Assembly (NCBI GenBank): GCA_964491475.1 | Contig: CAZBFO010000001.1 | Span: 263,538-327,537 of the forward strand | DNA: 64,000 nt | Source of the DNA: an uncultured Gammaproteobacteria bacterium | GTDB lineage: Bacteria; Patescibacteriota; Patescibacteriia; SG8-24 | Reading direction: 5' to 3' | Shown here: piece by piece, positions 27,467-36,002 of the stretch | How the letters are laid out: each line of letters opens with the position of its first letter | Numbering within the stretch: the stretch's first letter is position 1 | The notes under the pieces: generated by a model | Told to the model about the DNA's origin: nothing | Database searches by the model: none | What the model saw: the letters and a program-made list of their open reading frames with translations, nothing else | Program-made: the position numbers and the translations under genes

Positions 27467-27540
27467 TGGCTGCGGGACTAGGACTCGAACCTAGATAAGC
27501 AGATTCAGAGTCTGCTGTCCTACCATTAGACGATCCCGCA
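27467..27540 (-). tRNA. tRNA-Gln (anticodon CTG), CCA encoded
   Basis: Reverse complement folds as a cloverleaf: TGCGGGA/TCCCGCA acceptor, GCAGA-CTCTGAA-TCTGC anticodon arm, GGTTCGAGTCC T-loop. Confidence 0.97.
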
Positions 27541-27631
27541 AAATGTTTTCAGCACACCGATGATAACAGGGGGCGGAATAATTATCAAGCCGGCCGCGCG
27601 ACCCTCGCCGGGAGGTAGGAGGCAGCGTCAG

Positions 27632-27640
27632 TTATCCACA
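27632..27640 (+). promoter_or_regulatory. Perfect DnaA-box upstream of the pilus operon
   Basis: TTATCCACA, 10 nt upstream of TTGACG. Confidence 0.5.
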
Positions 27641-27697
27641 GCAGCACAATTTGACGCTCGGAAGGCGTGGGTGGTAAGACCGCCCACGCTTTTTGCT

Positions 27698-28897
27698 ATG
27701 TCGCTCTCCCCTCTCGAACAGGAACTTGCGCGGCCGGGCGGTCCGTCCATCATTACGGTGGTGGACATGCTGCTCACCGAGGGTTATCGGCGCCGCGCTT
27801 CGGACGTGCACGTGCATCCTGAACGCGGCGGGTTGCGCGTGCGCATGCGAGTCGACGGCGTCCTTTGGGACGCCTTTTGTTTTCCCAGCGCGATGCATGC
27901 GGAGATGATCGCGCGGCTGAAGGTGCTCGCGGGGATGCGCACCGATGAGCATGCCGCGGCGCAGGACGGCCGCATTCGGCGCGTGCTGGAAGACGGCACG
28001 GCGATTGACGTGCGCGTGTCAGTGCTGCCGACGCACTTCGGCGAGAACGCCGTGCTGCGGCTGCTGGACGTGTCTGCAGGGACGACCTCGCTGGCCGACC
28101 TTGGGTTCGGTGATTTCGACCGACGCAGGATGGAGGAAGCGATGACGAGGCCGCACGGCATGGTGCTGGTGACGGGGCCGACCGGCTCCGGAAAGACGAC
28201 CACGCTGCATGCGATGCTGCGGCTGCGCGCCGTGCGGACGGCTTCGCTGGTGACGCTCGAGGACCCGATCGAAAGGGAGCTGGACGGCGTGACGCAGATA
28301 CCGGTTCGCGAACGCAACGGACTGGGTTTCGCCGCGGGATTGCGGGCGGTGCTGCGGCAGGATCCGGACGTCATCATGGTCGGTGAAATCCGCGATGCGG
28401 AAACGGCCAACGTGGCCGTGAACGCGGCGCTGACCGGCCACCTGCTGCTGTCGACCTTGCACACCAATGACGCCGCCTCCGCGGTGATGCGGATGGCGGA
28501 GACGAAAGTAGAGCCGCACCTGCTCGCATCGACGCTGTCGATGGTAGTGGCGCAGCGGCTGGTCCGGCGGACGTGCCAGAACTGCGGCGAGGAACGGATG
28601 CCGAACGACATCGAGGCTCCGGCCCACGCGACGATCGGCCTGCTTCCGAACGAGCGCTGCCGCAAAGGACGGGGTTGCCGTTCGTGCAACGGCAGCGGCT
28701 ACATGGGACGGATTTGCCTGAACGAAACGCTGGCAGTCAGTGACGCGCTTCGAACGGCAATTTCACAAAAAGCGGCGCCGCGCGAAATCGCCGCAATCGC
28801 CATTGCGGAAGGCATGGTACCGATGCGCGAGGACGGCTTGCGGAAGGTTCGCGCCGGCCTGACCACGCCCGAGGAAATCATTCGCATAACCCCCTGA
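27698..28897 (+). CDS. PilB/GspE/ComGA-type assembly ATPase (short form)
   Basis: ASDVHVHP, RVDG, GPTGSGKTTT, LEDPIE, LRQDPDVIMVGEIRD, LSTLHTN, CxxC...CxxC. Confidence 0.93.
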   Translation: MSLSPLEQELARPGGPSIITVVDMLLTEGYRRRASDVHVHPERGGLRVRMRVDGVLWDAFCFPSAMHAEMIARLKVLAGMRTDEHAAAQDGRIRRVLEDGTAIDVRVSVLPTHFGENAVLRLLDVSAGTTSLADLGFGDFDRRRMEEAMTRPHGMVLVTGPTGSGKTTTLHAMLRLRAVRTASLVTLEDPIERELDGVTQIPVRERNGLGFAAGLRAVLRQDPDVIMVGEIRDAETANVAVNAALTGHLLLSTLHTNDAASAVMRMAETKVEPHLLASTLSMVVAQRLVRRTCQNCGEERMPNDIEAPAHATIGLLPNERCRKGRGCRSCNGSGYMGRICLNETLAVSDALRTAISQKAAPREIAAIAIAEGMVPMREDGLRKVRAGLTTPEEIIRITP

Positions 28898-28900
28898 ACC

Positions 28901-29938
28901 ATGCGCCTCCCCATCGTCGACCAGGCATTCTTCGCCCAACGGCTGGCATTCCTCATTGATGGCGGCATGCCGCTGCTCGAAGCGCTGGCCGTGACCGAAC
29001 GGCAGCTGCGTTCAAAAGATGCCAAGCGCGTCGCGGCAACGCTCCACGCGGAAGTGTCACGAGGACGATCGTTGGGCGACGGGATGCAGGCCACCGGCGC
29101 GTTCGGCGGCGCTGCCGTGACGTTGGTGAGCGTCGGGGAGAGGTGCGGAATGCTGGGACGGAACCTGCAACGGCTTGCGGACGAGATGAAGAAAGGCCGT
29201 CGGCTGCGCAGAAAGGTGCTTGGCGCAATGGCTTATCCGTGCATCGTGCTGACGGCAACCTGCGGCATCGTCGTCTACCTGCTGGCCTCGTTGCTGCCGA
29301 AGCTGTTGCCGATGTTCGCCGAGTTGCACGCCGAATTGCCGCCGAGCACGCGGGCAGTCATCGCCTTGTCGGGATTTTTGCGGAGATACGGGGCATGGAT
29401 GGCGGCCGCCGCCGTTACGGTTCTCGGTTGCATTCGGCTTTTGCGACTCCGCCCGCAAATGCGGCAACGATGCGAGCTGGCGCTGCTGCGCGTGCCGGCC
29501 ATCGGTCCCCTGCTCCGTGACCTGCAACTGGCCCGATTGGGCAGGTCCGTCGGGACGATGCTTTCAGGCGGACTCTCGCTGCGTGACGCCTGCGCCCTTG
29601 CGGCCGACCCGGGTGCGGGCGCGTACGACGCGCAGCTGCTGGCGATGGCCGAGGCCGTCAACGAGGGACGTTCCTTGTCCTCTCACCTGGCGACGCAGCC
29701 GAAGCTCTTCCCCGAAGCGTTTACGCAGTTGGTCGCGTCCGGAGAAGAGAGCGGCAAGCTGCCCGAAGCGTTCCTGTACCTGGCCGACCACTACGAGCGC
29801 GAGATTGACGAGTCTGCGGCCGGATTGTCCGCGACGCTGGAACCGGCGCTGATGCTGCTTACCGGCGCCGCGGTCGGATTCATCGCCATTGCCGTCATCT
29901 CGCCGATGTATTCCCTGACCCAATCGCTGCATGCGTGA
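28901..29938 (+). CDS. PilC/GspF/ComGB-type platform protein
   Basis: Two T2SSF lobes (GERCGML, GEESGKL), AMAYP, LEP motifs. Confidence 0.92.
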   Translation: MRLPIVDQAFFAQRLAFLIDGGMPLLEALAVTERQLRSKDAKRVAATLHAEVSRGRSLGDGMQATGAFGGAAVTLVSVGERCGMLGRNLQRLADEMKKGRRLRRKVLGAMAYPCIVLTATCGIVVYLLASLLPKLLPMFAELHAELPPSTRAVIALSGFLRRYGAWMAAAAVTVLGCIRLLRLRPQMRQRCELALLRVPAIGPLLRDLQLARLGRSVGTMLSGGLSLRDACALAADPGAGAYDAQLLAMAEAVNEGRSLSSHLATQPKLFPEAFTQLVASGEESGKLPEAFLYLADHYEREIDESAAGLSATLEPALMLLTGAAVGFIAIAVISPMYSLTQSLHA

Positions 29939-31409
29939 TGCCGGCTTCGCTTCGATCGAAATCCTGCTGACGATGACGCTGATCGGCGTCGCCTTCACGG
30001 GCGCGTTGCTTACGGAACAAGGCATGGCACGTTGGCTGCGCTCGACGCGCGAATCGATCGATGACCTCGCCGTCGCGGCCTCGGCAGCCGAAGCGGCGAA
30101 GGCCGACGGGGAACGCGATTTCTTTCATCTGGTCTCGGCGTTCGCGCCGGACCGACCGGACTGCGCTGCACAGGACTCCTGCTCGGGCGTGCGCAGGGTC
30201 GTCACGGACGCATCGGCCTGCACGAAGGGAGTCGAAACGCGCGCGGTACGGCAAAATTTTGACCGACCCGCGCGGGAAACCGCACTTCCGGCAATCGTGA
30301 CGGACGCGGCAGAGATGGCGGCCCTCGGCGACGACTGCTCCACGGCCTTTCCTGCCGGAAACTGGTCCGCGCCAGCCGTTGCAGGGACGGCCGTGACGGG
30401 ACCCGGAAATGCCACGGGCATCGACGCCTACCAAGGCAAGGCCTATGTGACCTTCGACGCACCGCCGTATTTGCGGATTTTTGCGAACGGCTCCGAGAGA
30501 GCGTACTCGAACGGTTTTGTCGGCGGAGGTCCCTTTAACGCCGTCGACGTCGCGCGTGATCCCGTGACCGGTCGCGTCTACGCGTATGCGGCCGCCGTCT
30601 CGCCGCAGCTGCAAATCATCGACGTGACGGATGCAGACGCGCCGAAGACCGTATCAAGCGCTCCGCTTGCGGGCGTGTCGCTCAAGGGCGCACAGGCGCA
30701 AGGATGGCGGGTGCGCGTGTACGGAGGAGTGGCGTACATGACGGCGCGCTACATGATTTCTTCGAATCCGGAGCTGCATCTGTTCGACGTGCGCGACCCC
30801 GCAAGCCCGCGCGAGCGCGGCACGGGTCGCAAGACCGGCACGTCGGCATACGACATCTTGCTGCACGAACAATCCGTACCCAGCTTGGACGGCGCCCGCC
30901 GACGACTGGCCTATTTCGCGACGACCGCGCCGGGCGGCGAGCTGCAAGTGCTCGACGTCACCGACCCCGAGAGGATGACGCCATTGGCAACGTGCGACCT
31001 GCCGGGCGCGTATCAGGCCACGGCTTTGGCATTGCTCGGCACCACGCTGTACGTGGGGCGCGACAACGTGCCAGGTGGAGGCGAGGACCTGTATGCCTTC
31101 GACGCCTCGGACCCGGCCTCGGCGGCATTTTGCGTCCCGATCGCAAAGACGGACATCGGTACGGACGGTTACAGCCGGCACGTGCAGGCGCTCCGTGCTG
31201 CCGGGAAGTACCTTTTCGTGGCCACCAACAACACCACCAACGCGCACGGACAGATGCAAGTGCGCAGCGCCGATCCTGCCACCGGTCTTTCGCTGCTGGG
31301 AACGTACTCGCTGCCGGGCATGACCGAAAACGGGTCGGACCTGGAGGGCGGCTTTCTGTATGCCGCCGCCGCAACGGCACCGCAACTCACCGTAATCACC
31401 GGCTCATGA
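29931..31409 (+). CDS. Large pilin-like protein with C-terminal LVIVD-type beta-propeller repeats
   Basis: G|FASIEILL prepilin-like N-terminus; repeats LQIIDVTD, LHLFDVRDP, LQVLDVTDP, LYAFDASDP. Confidence 0.78.
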   Translation: MRDAGFASIEILLTMTLIGVAFTGALLTEQGMARWLRSTRESIDDLAVAASAAEAAKADGERDFFHLVSAFAPDRPDCAAQDSCSGVRRVVTDASACTKGVETRAVRQNFDRPARETALPAIVTDAAEMAALGDDCSTAFPAGNWSAPAVAGTAVTGPGNATGIDAYQGKAYVTFDAPPYLRIFANGSERAYSNGFVGGGPFNAVDVARDPVTGRVYAYAAAVSPQLQIIDVTDADAPKTVSSAPLAGVSLKGAQAQGWRVRVYGGVAYMTARYMISSNPELHLFDVRDPASPRERGTGRKTGTSAYDILLHEQSVPSLDGARRRLAYFATTAPGGELQVLDVTDPERMTPLATCDLPGAYQATALALLGTTLYVGRDNVPGGGEDLYAFDASDPASAAFCVPIAKTDIGTDGYSRHVQALRAAGKYLFVATNNTTNAHGQMQVRSADPATGLSLLGTYSLPGMTENGSDLEGGFLYAAAATAPQLTVITGS

Positions 31410-31909
31410 ACCAGCGTGGCTTTACCCTCATCGAAAGCATCGTGTACCTGGCGCTGGCGGGCGTGCTGCTGGGCGCGCTCTTGCCGACGGCGTACGGGCT
31501 GGCCTCGGCCATGCAGCATGACAAGAAGGCCGCCGAGGCCCTCGACGAGGCGCTGCTCGTCGACCGGCGGCTGCATTGGGCGTTGGCAGATGCGGCGGAA
31601 GTGTCGGTGCCGTCGCCGCAACGACTCGATGTAACCGAAACGGACGGCGGCTTCGTTCATTTTGCAGTCGCCGATTCGAAGCTGACCGTGGCGGAAAACG
31701 AGGCATCGCCGGCGACCGCCCTTAACGTCGGCATGCCGATATCTGCGGTTTCATTCTCCTTACGGCCATTTTCGACGCCTGCGGATCGAACTGCGGTCGC
31801 GGTCCCCGAAAACCTGACGGTCGATTTCACGCTTGGTGACGCGCCGTTCACCTTTCATTATCCGCTGCCAAAACGCGGCAGCCTCCCGACCGCATGCTTT
31901 TCCCGATGA
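31406..31909 (+). CDS. Minor type IV pilin
   Basis: MNQRG|FTLIESIVYLAL; ATGA coupling with the upstream gene. Confidence 0.88.
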   Translation: MNQRGFTLIESIVYLALAGVLLGALLPTAYGLASAMQHDKKAAEALDEALLVDRRLHWALADAAEVSVPSPQRLDVTETDGGFVHFAVADSKLTVAENEASPATALNVGMPISAVSFSLRPFSTPADRTAVAVPENLTVDFTLGDAPFTFHYPLPKRGSLPTACFSR

Positions 31910-32355
31910 CCCGCGCTCACGGATCGACAGATGAACGCGGATTCGCCCTGCTGGTAACGGTCATTCTCACGGCCGCGCTGCTGGCGAGCGCGGGCGTCGC
32001 CGCCAGCGTGGCGACCTCCCGCGCCTCGGCGCAATCGTCCCTGATGCTGTGGCGTTCGCAGGCGCGGTCGCTGGCCGACGGCTGCGCGGAGGCGGCCGCC
32101 GCACGACTGCTTGGCAACCCGGCATACGATGGCGGAGAGGAAGTGATCCTGCCGACGGGTTCCTGTCGCGTCACGTCCGTCAGGCATGACGACCCGTCGC
32201 CGGGTACGACCGCCGTTGAAGCCACGGGCAAAACGCACGGAGCATCCGCGTCGGTGACCGTCATCGGAGAATCTCGCGCGCGTTGCCTTTCTTCGTCCCC
32301 CGCCCCGTTCGGGATGAGATTGCGTTCTTGGATTGAAGTCCCCGCGCATGAGTGA
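31906..32355 (+). CDS. PilX/ComGG-like minor pilin (no Glu5)
   Basis: RG|FALLVTVIL; ARSLADGCAE motif; ATGA coupling. Confidence 0.75.
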   Translation: MTRAHGSTDERGFALLVTVILTAALLASAGVAASVATSRASAQSSLMLWRSQARSLADGCAEAAAARLLGNPAYDGGEEVILPTGSCRVTSVRHDDPSPGTTAVEATGKTHGASASVTVIGESRARCLSSSPAPFGMRLRSWIEVPAHE

Positions 32356-32457
32356 CTGCCTCGTCACCATCGCCGCCTTGCACCGTCGCGTCCGCGGCCC
32401 GCCGCCGTCCGCGCGAGTCGCATGCTTCGTCTCATTACTCATGCTCACCTTTTTCCC

Positions 32458-32970
32458 ATGCGCCACGTCCTCCGCCACCGCCGCCCATCTGCAAACAAGG
32501 GATTCACGCTGATCGAAATGCTGGTCGTAATGGGCATCATCGCCGCGCTGGCCGGCATGGTGATCACGGCGGTCAATCCCGCCAAGCAGTTCGCTCAAGC
32601 TCGCAATGCCGAGCGCCAGTCTGGCGTCACGGCGATTCTGAACGCCATCGGCCAGCGCATGGCCGACAACAAGGGCACTTTCGCCGGGACTTTCAGCGTC
32701 GGTGGCACCGGCTATACCTGCCCGACGCTGCCGAACAGCGCCGCCGCAATCGCGGCACAGGGCGGCGCGGACCTGTCGTGTCTCACGCCCACGTACCTGT
32801 CTTCGCAGATTCCCGTCGATCCGAACGGCGGAACCTGGACCGGACCTCTCGCCTACGCCAGCGGCTACACCGTCGCGGCCGACGCGCTCGGCCGAGTGAC
32901 GATCTGCGCGCCGAACGCCGCAACCGAGACCGCAGTACCAGGTGCGACACCGATCTGCCAAACGCGTTAG
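32458..32970 (+). CDS. Type IV pilin (probable major pilin)
   Basis: KG|FTLIEMLVVMGIIAAL, NPAKQFAQARN, IPVDP. Confidence 0.9.
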   Translation: MRHVLRHRRPSANKGFTLIEMLVVMGIIAALAGMVITAVNPAKQFAQARNAERQSGVTAILNAIGQRMADNKGTFAGTFSVGGTGYTCPTLPNSAAAIAAQGGADLSCLTPTYLSSQIPVDPNGGTWTGPLAYASGYTVAADALGRVTICAPNAATETAVPGATPICQTR

Positions 32971-33016
32971 CCGGCGAACGGTCCGCCCAGAGCCCGCCGC
33001 GGCCCGACAATGCAAA

Positions 33017-33049
33017 GACCGCCTCGGCATGCCGAGGCGGTCGTTTTTT
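33017..33049. terminator. Terminator between the pilin operon and dnaX
   Basis: Perfect 26-bp palindrome 33017-33042 followed by a T-run. Confidence 0.75.
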
Positions 33050-33056
33050 CACGTCA

Positions 33057-34871
33057 TCACCCCACCACTTTCCCTCCAAAGGCCTCCAGCACGTTCCCGC
33101 TGAACGTCGGTTCTTTCGCAGCGGACGCGCCGGCCGGAGCAAAGTTCTCCTCTTGCCCGATGCCGGACTTGGTTTCGAGCAGCACGCCCTCCACGCGCAC
33201 GGTCTTGCCGAGCACGTCGCACAGGACTTCCTCGACCAGGCGGCGGTTCTTGTCGTGGTTGAGCTTGTCACGGTGAAAGGCGAAGTCGAAACCCACGCGC
33301 ACCACCGTGCCGACCACCTCCGTGACCGTGCCCAGCGCCAGCACGTACAGGAGCGCCGCGCTTTTCTCGCCCGACTTCTCCATGAACGGCTTCCAGATGG
33401 ATTTGACGTGCTCGACGGTGGTCACCGGTGCGCCTGTACCGCGATCGACTGCCAGGGCGGCGGCTTCCGCAGATTCGTCGACGATGGGATTCAAGATGGG
33501 CGCCTCGACGGTAGCCTCGAGCGCGGCGGCGACCGCGGCGGCTTGCGCGGCCGCGTCGGCTGACGGCGCTTCCACGGGAACCGACGGTTCGGCTGCCGCA
33601 GAAGCCTCGGCCAGCACGGTGGCCACCGTGACCTTGGCGGCAGGTTCGGCGTTCTTTTTGGGAACCGCTGCCGCAGACGGAGTCTGCTTCGGTGCGGGGC
33701 CGCTCGACGACGCTCCCCCGGCAGGACGTTGCGGCGCGCTGGGCGCGATGGCCGGCGCGGACGTGCTCACCTTGGTGAGCTGCTCGCAGATGCGCACCAC
33801 GGCCAGCTCCAATGGCAGCTGTGCCGGGTGCGCGGATTTTATCTCGCGGCGCTTTTCCATCAGCGTCTCGATGGCGAAGACCAGTTCGGCGGTGCCGGCC
33901 AGCATGGCCCAGCCCTCCAGCTGCTTCTTGGACTGCTCGTCCATCTCGGCCGAGAATACGTCGGGGTTGCCGCTCATCTTGGCCAGCATGGTTTTGCGCA
34001 GCAGTTCGATGGCGTCGGTGGCGAACTGGTCCAAGTCGGTGCCGCCCTCCATGCAATCGCCGACGATCATGACGGCCGAGCGGGCGTCGTGGTGCAGCAA
34101 GGCGTCCACGAAGTTGGCCAGCGCCTGCGCGTCGGAACGCGGCAGCACCACCAAGGCTTCGTCGTAGGTGACGCGCTTGCCGTCGCCCATGGTCAGCACC
34201 TTGCCGAGCAGGCTTTCGGCGTCACGGAGCGACCCGTCGGCGTGACGGGCGATGTCTTCGAGCGTGCGGCGGTCCACCTTGACCTTTTCCTTTTCTGCCA
34301 AACGGTGCAGGCGGTCGACCAGGTCGTTGAACGGGATCTTGCGGAAGTCGAAACGCTGGCAGCGCGAGAGGATGGTCTGCGGCACCTTGTGCAGTTCGGT
34401 GGTGGCCAGGATGAACACCACGTGCGCCGGCGGCTCTTCCAACGTCTTGAGCAAGGCGTTGAAGGCCTCGGTGGTCAGCATGTGGACTTCGTCGATGATG
34501 AAGACCTTGTAGGCCAGCCGCGCGGGCGAAAAGCGGGCGTTCTCGATGATGTTCTCGCGGACGGCGTCGATGCCGCGGTGCGAGGCGGCGTCGATCTCGA
34601 TGACGTCGAGCGAGCGGCCTTCCAAAATGGACTGGCAGCTTTCGCACTCGCCGCACGGTTCGCCGGCGGAGGTGTCGCGCTTTTCGCAGTTCACGGCGCG
34701 GCTGAAGATGCGGGCGGTGGTGGTCTTGCCGACGCCGCGCGGGCCGGAAAACAGGTAGGCGTGGGCGATTTTCTTGCTGGCAATCTCAAAGGCCAGCGTG
34801 ACCTTCACGTGGTTCTGGCCGGAGACTTCGGCCCAGGCCTGCGGGCGGTATTTTCGGTACAGGGTCGCCAT
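33057..34871 (-). CDS. dnaX: DNA polymerase III subunit gamma/tau
   Basis: LYRKYRP, GPRGVGKTT, EIDAAS, IIDEVHML, SRCQRF. Confidence 0.97.
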   Translation of the reverse strand: MATLYRKYRPQAWAEVSGQNHVKVTLAFEIASKKIAHAYLFSGPRGVGKTTTARIFSRAVNCEKRDTSAGEPCGECESCQSILEGRSLDVIEIDAASHRGIDAVRENIIENARFSPARLAYKVFIIDEVHMLTTEAFNALLKTLEEPPAHVVFILATTELHKVPQTILSRCQRFDFRKIPFNDLVDRLHRLAEKEKVKVDRRTLEDIARHADGSLRDAESLLGKVLTMGDGKRVTYDEALVVLPRSDAQALANFVDALLHHDARSAVMIVGDCMEGGTDLDQFATDAIELLRKTMLAKMSGNPDVFSAEMDEQSKKQLEGWAMLAGTAELVFAIETLMEKRREIKSAHPAQLPLELAVVRICEQLTKVSTSAPAIAPSAPQRPAGGASSSGPAPKQTPSAAAVPKKNAEPAAKVTVATVLAEASAAAEPSVPVEAPSADAAAQAAAVAAALEATVEAPILNPIVDESAEAAALAVDRGTGAPVTTVEHVKSIWKPFMEKSGEKSAALLYVLALGTVTEVVGTVVRVGFDFAFHRDKLNHDKNRRLVEEVLCDVLGKTVRVEGVLLETKSGIGQEENFAPAGASAAKEPTFSGNVLEAFGGKVVG

Positions 34872-35052
34872 GCTGCTAGTGTGCCATTTTTTGAGAGGCT
34901 TACCAATCGTCAAAAGGCCGACAAACCGGACTTTTGCACCGGGACGTTCATCCCCTTTTCGTCCCCAAACCGGGCAGGCAAAAGTCGTCAAATCGGGACG
35001 AGAAACGGAACGAAAAACCGCCTCGGACGCGCCGGGCGGTTTCGCGGTCCTA

Positions 35053-35937
35053 CTAGATGACCGGACTCTGCTTGATGATGTTCTCGACCGCTGCCCAGCG
35101 GGACGGCGCGTTCTTGGGGACCAGCAGGATGACTTCGTCTTCCGGCTCGCCCTTGAAGTAGGTGACGCTGGCCTTGATGATGGTCCAGCGGCGGCTGTCC
35201 TGGGTGGCGTAGTATTCGCCGTTGGTGGCGTCGAAGCCGAGCGTGGCCACCACGCGGGTGCGCTCGATGGGGCCGATCTGCTTGTAGATGAACGATCCCT
35301 TGGTGGTGATGGTCAGCTTGAGCAGGTCGCCTTCGACCAGCTTGGACTTGGAAGCGTAGTTCGGCGGCACGGTGTAGATCTTGCCGTCGGAACCGACCAT
35401 GCTCTGGCCGTCGAAGACGCCCTCGATGACGCGGCCGTCCACCTGGCGGATGCCGTTCAGTTCGGCTTCGCGGGCCATGGCCGGGTCGACCGACTCGGCG
35501 GTGGCGGTGAAAGTCGACGTGGCGCCGGCCGGGGCGTCATCCTCGAGCAGGCGGATGATGTTGGCGATGTTGGTCTCCATGGCGCGCAGCGCCTTGGCGA
35601 TGATGCGCACCTTGTTGGCATGGATGGCGGCAGCGTCCTGCGCGGGAGCCTTTTCTGCACCTTCGGCCGCAGTGTCGGGCCGCGCAGCGACGACGGGCAA
35701 CGCGATGGCGGCGGTTTCCATGCCCGGTGCGACGGACTCGCTTGGCCAGACCGAAGCGGTCGGGGCGGCGGCCTGTTCGGCAGCCGCCGGTGCCGGCGAG
35801 GCTGCCGGAGCGTCAGCGGGCGGTTCCTGCACCGTCGTTTCGGAAGACTTATGACGCAAGGAGTAAAGGAAATCGGTCATCGGCGTCGAGGACTGGTCGT
35901 CCATAGTGGCGATTTTTATGTTTATTACGTCGGCCAT
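35053..35937 (-). CDS. Conserved hypothetical protein
   Basis: Ala/Pro-rich N-terminus; compact C-domain IEGVFDG...YTVPPNYASKSKLVEGD...YKQIGP. Confidence 0.8.
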   Translation of the reverse strand: MADVINIKIATMDDQSSTPMTDFLYSLRHKSSETTVQEPPADAPAASPAPAAAEQAAAPTASVWPSESVAPGMETAAIALPVVAARPDTAAEGAEKAPAQDAAAIHANKVRIIAKALRAMETNIANIIRLLEDDAPAGATSTFTATAESVDPAMAREAELNGIRQVDGRVIEGVFDGQSMVGSDGKIYTVPPNYASKSKLVEGDLLKLTITTKGSFIYKQIGPIERTRVVATLGFDATNGEYYATQDSRRWTIIKASVTYFKGEPEDEVILLVPKNAPSRWAAVENIIKQSPVI

Positions 35938-36002
35938 TCGGCCGGATTAACGCTGGTACCGTAGCACCGCGGTTTTTGAGGGTCAATGGCCCTGCGCGGA
36001 CG

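Noticed and set aside
27467-27540. tRNA-Gln as attachment site of an integrated island
   Set aside because: No integrase and no duplicated tRNA 3' end noticed within the window.
33640-33670. dnaX programmed -1 frameshift site
   Set aside because: Only CAAAAAG (five A) on the coding strand rather than A-AAA-AAG, and no clear stimulatory hairpin.
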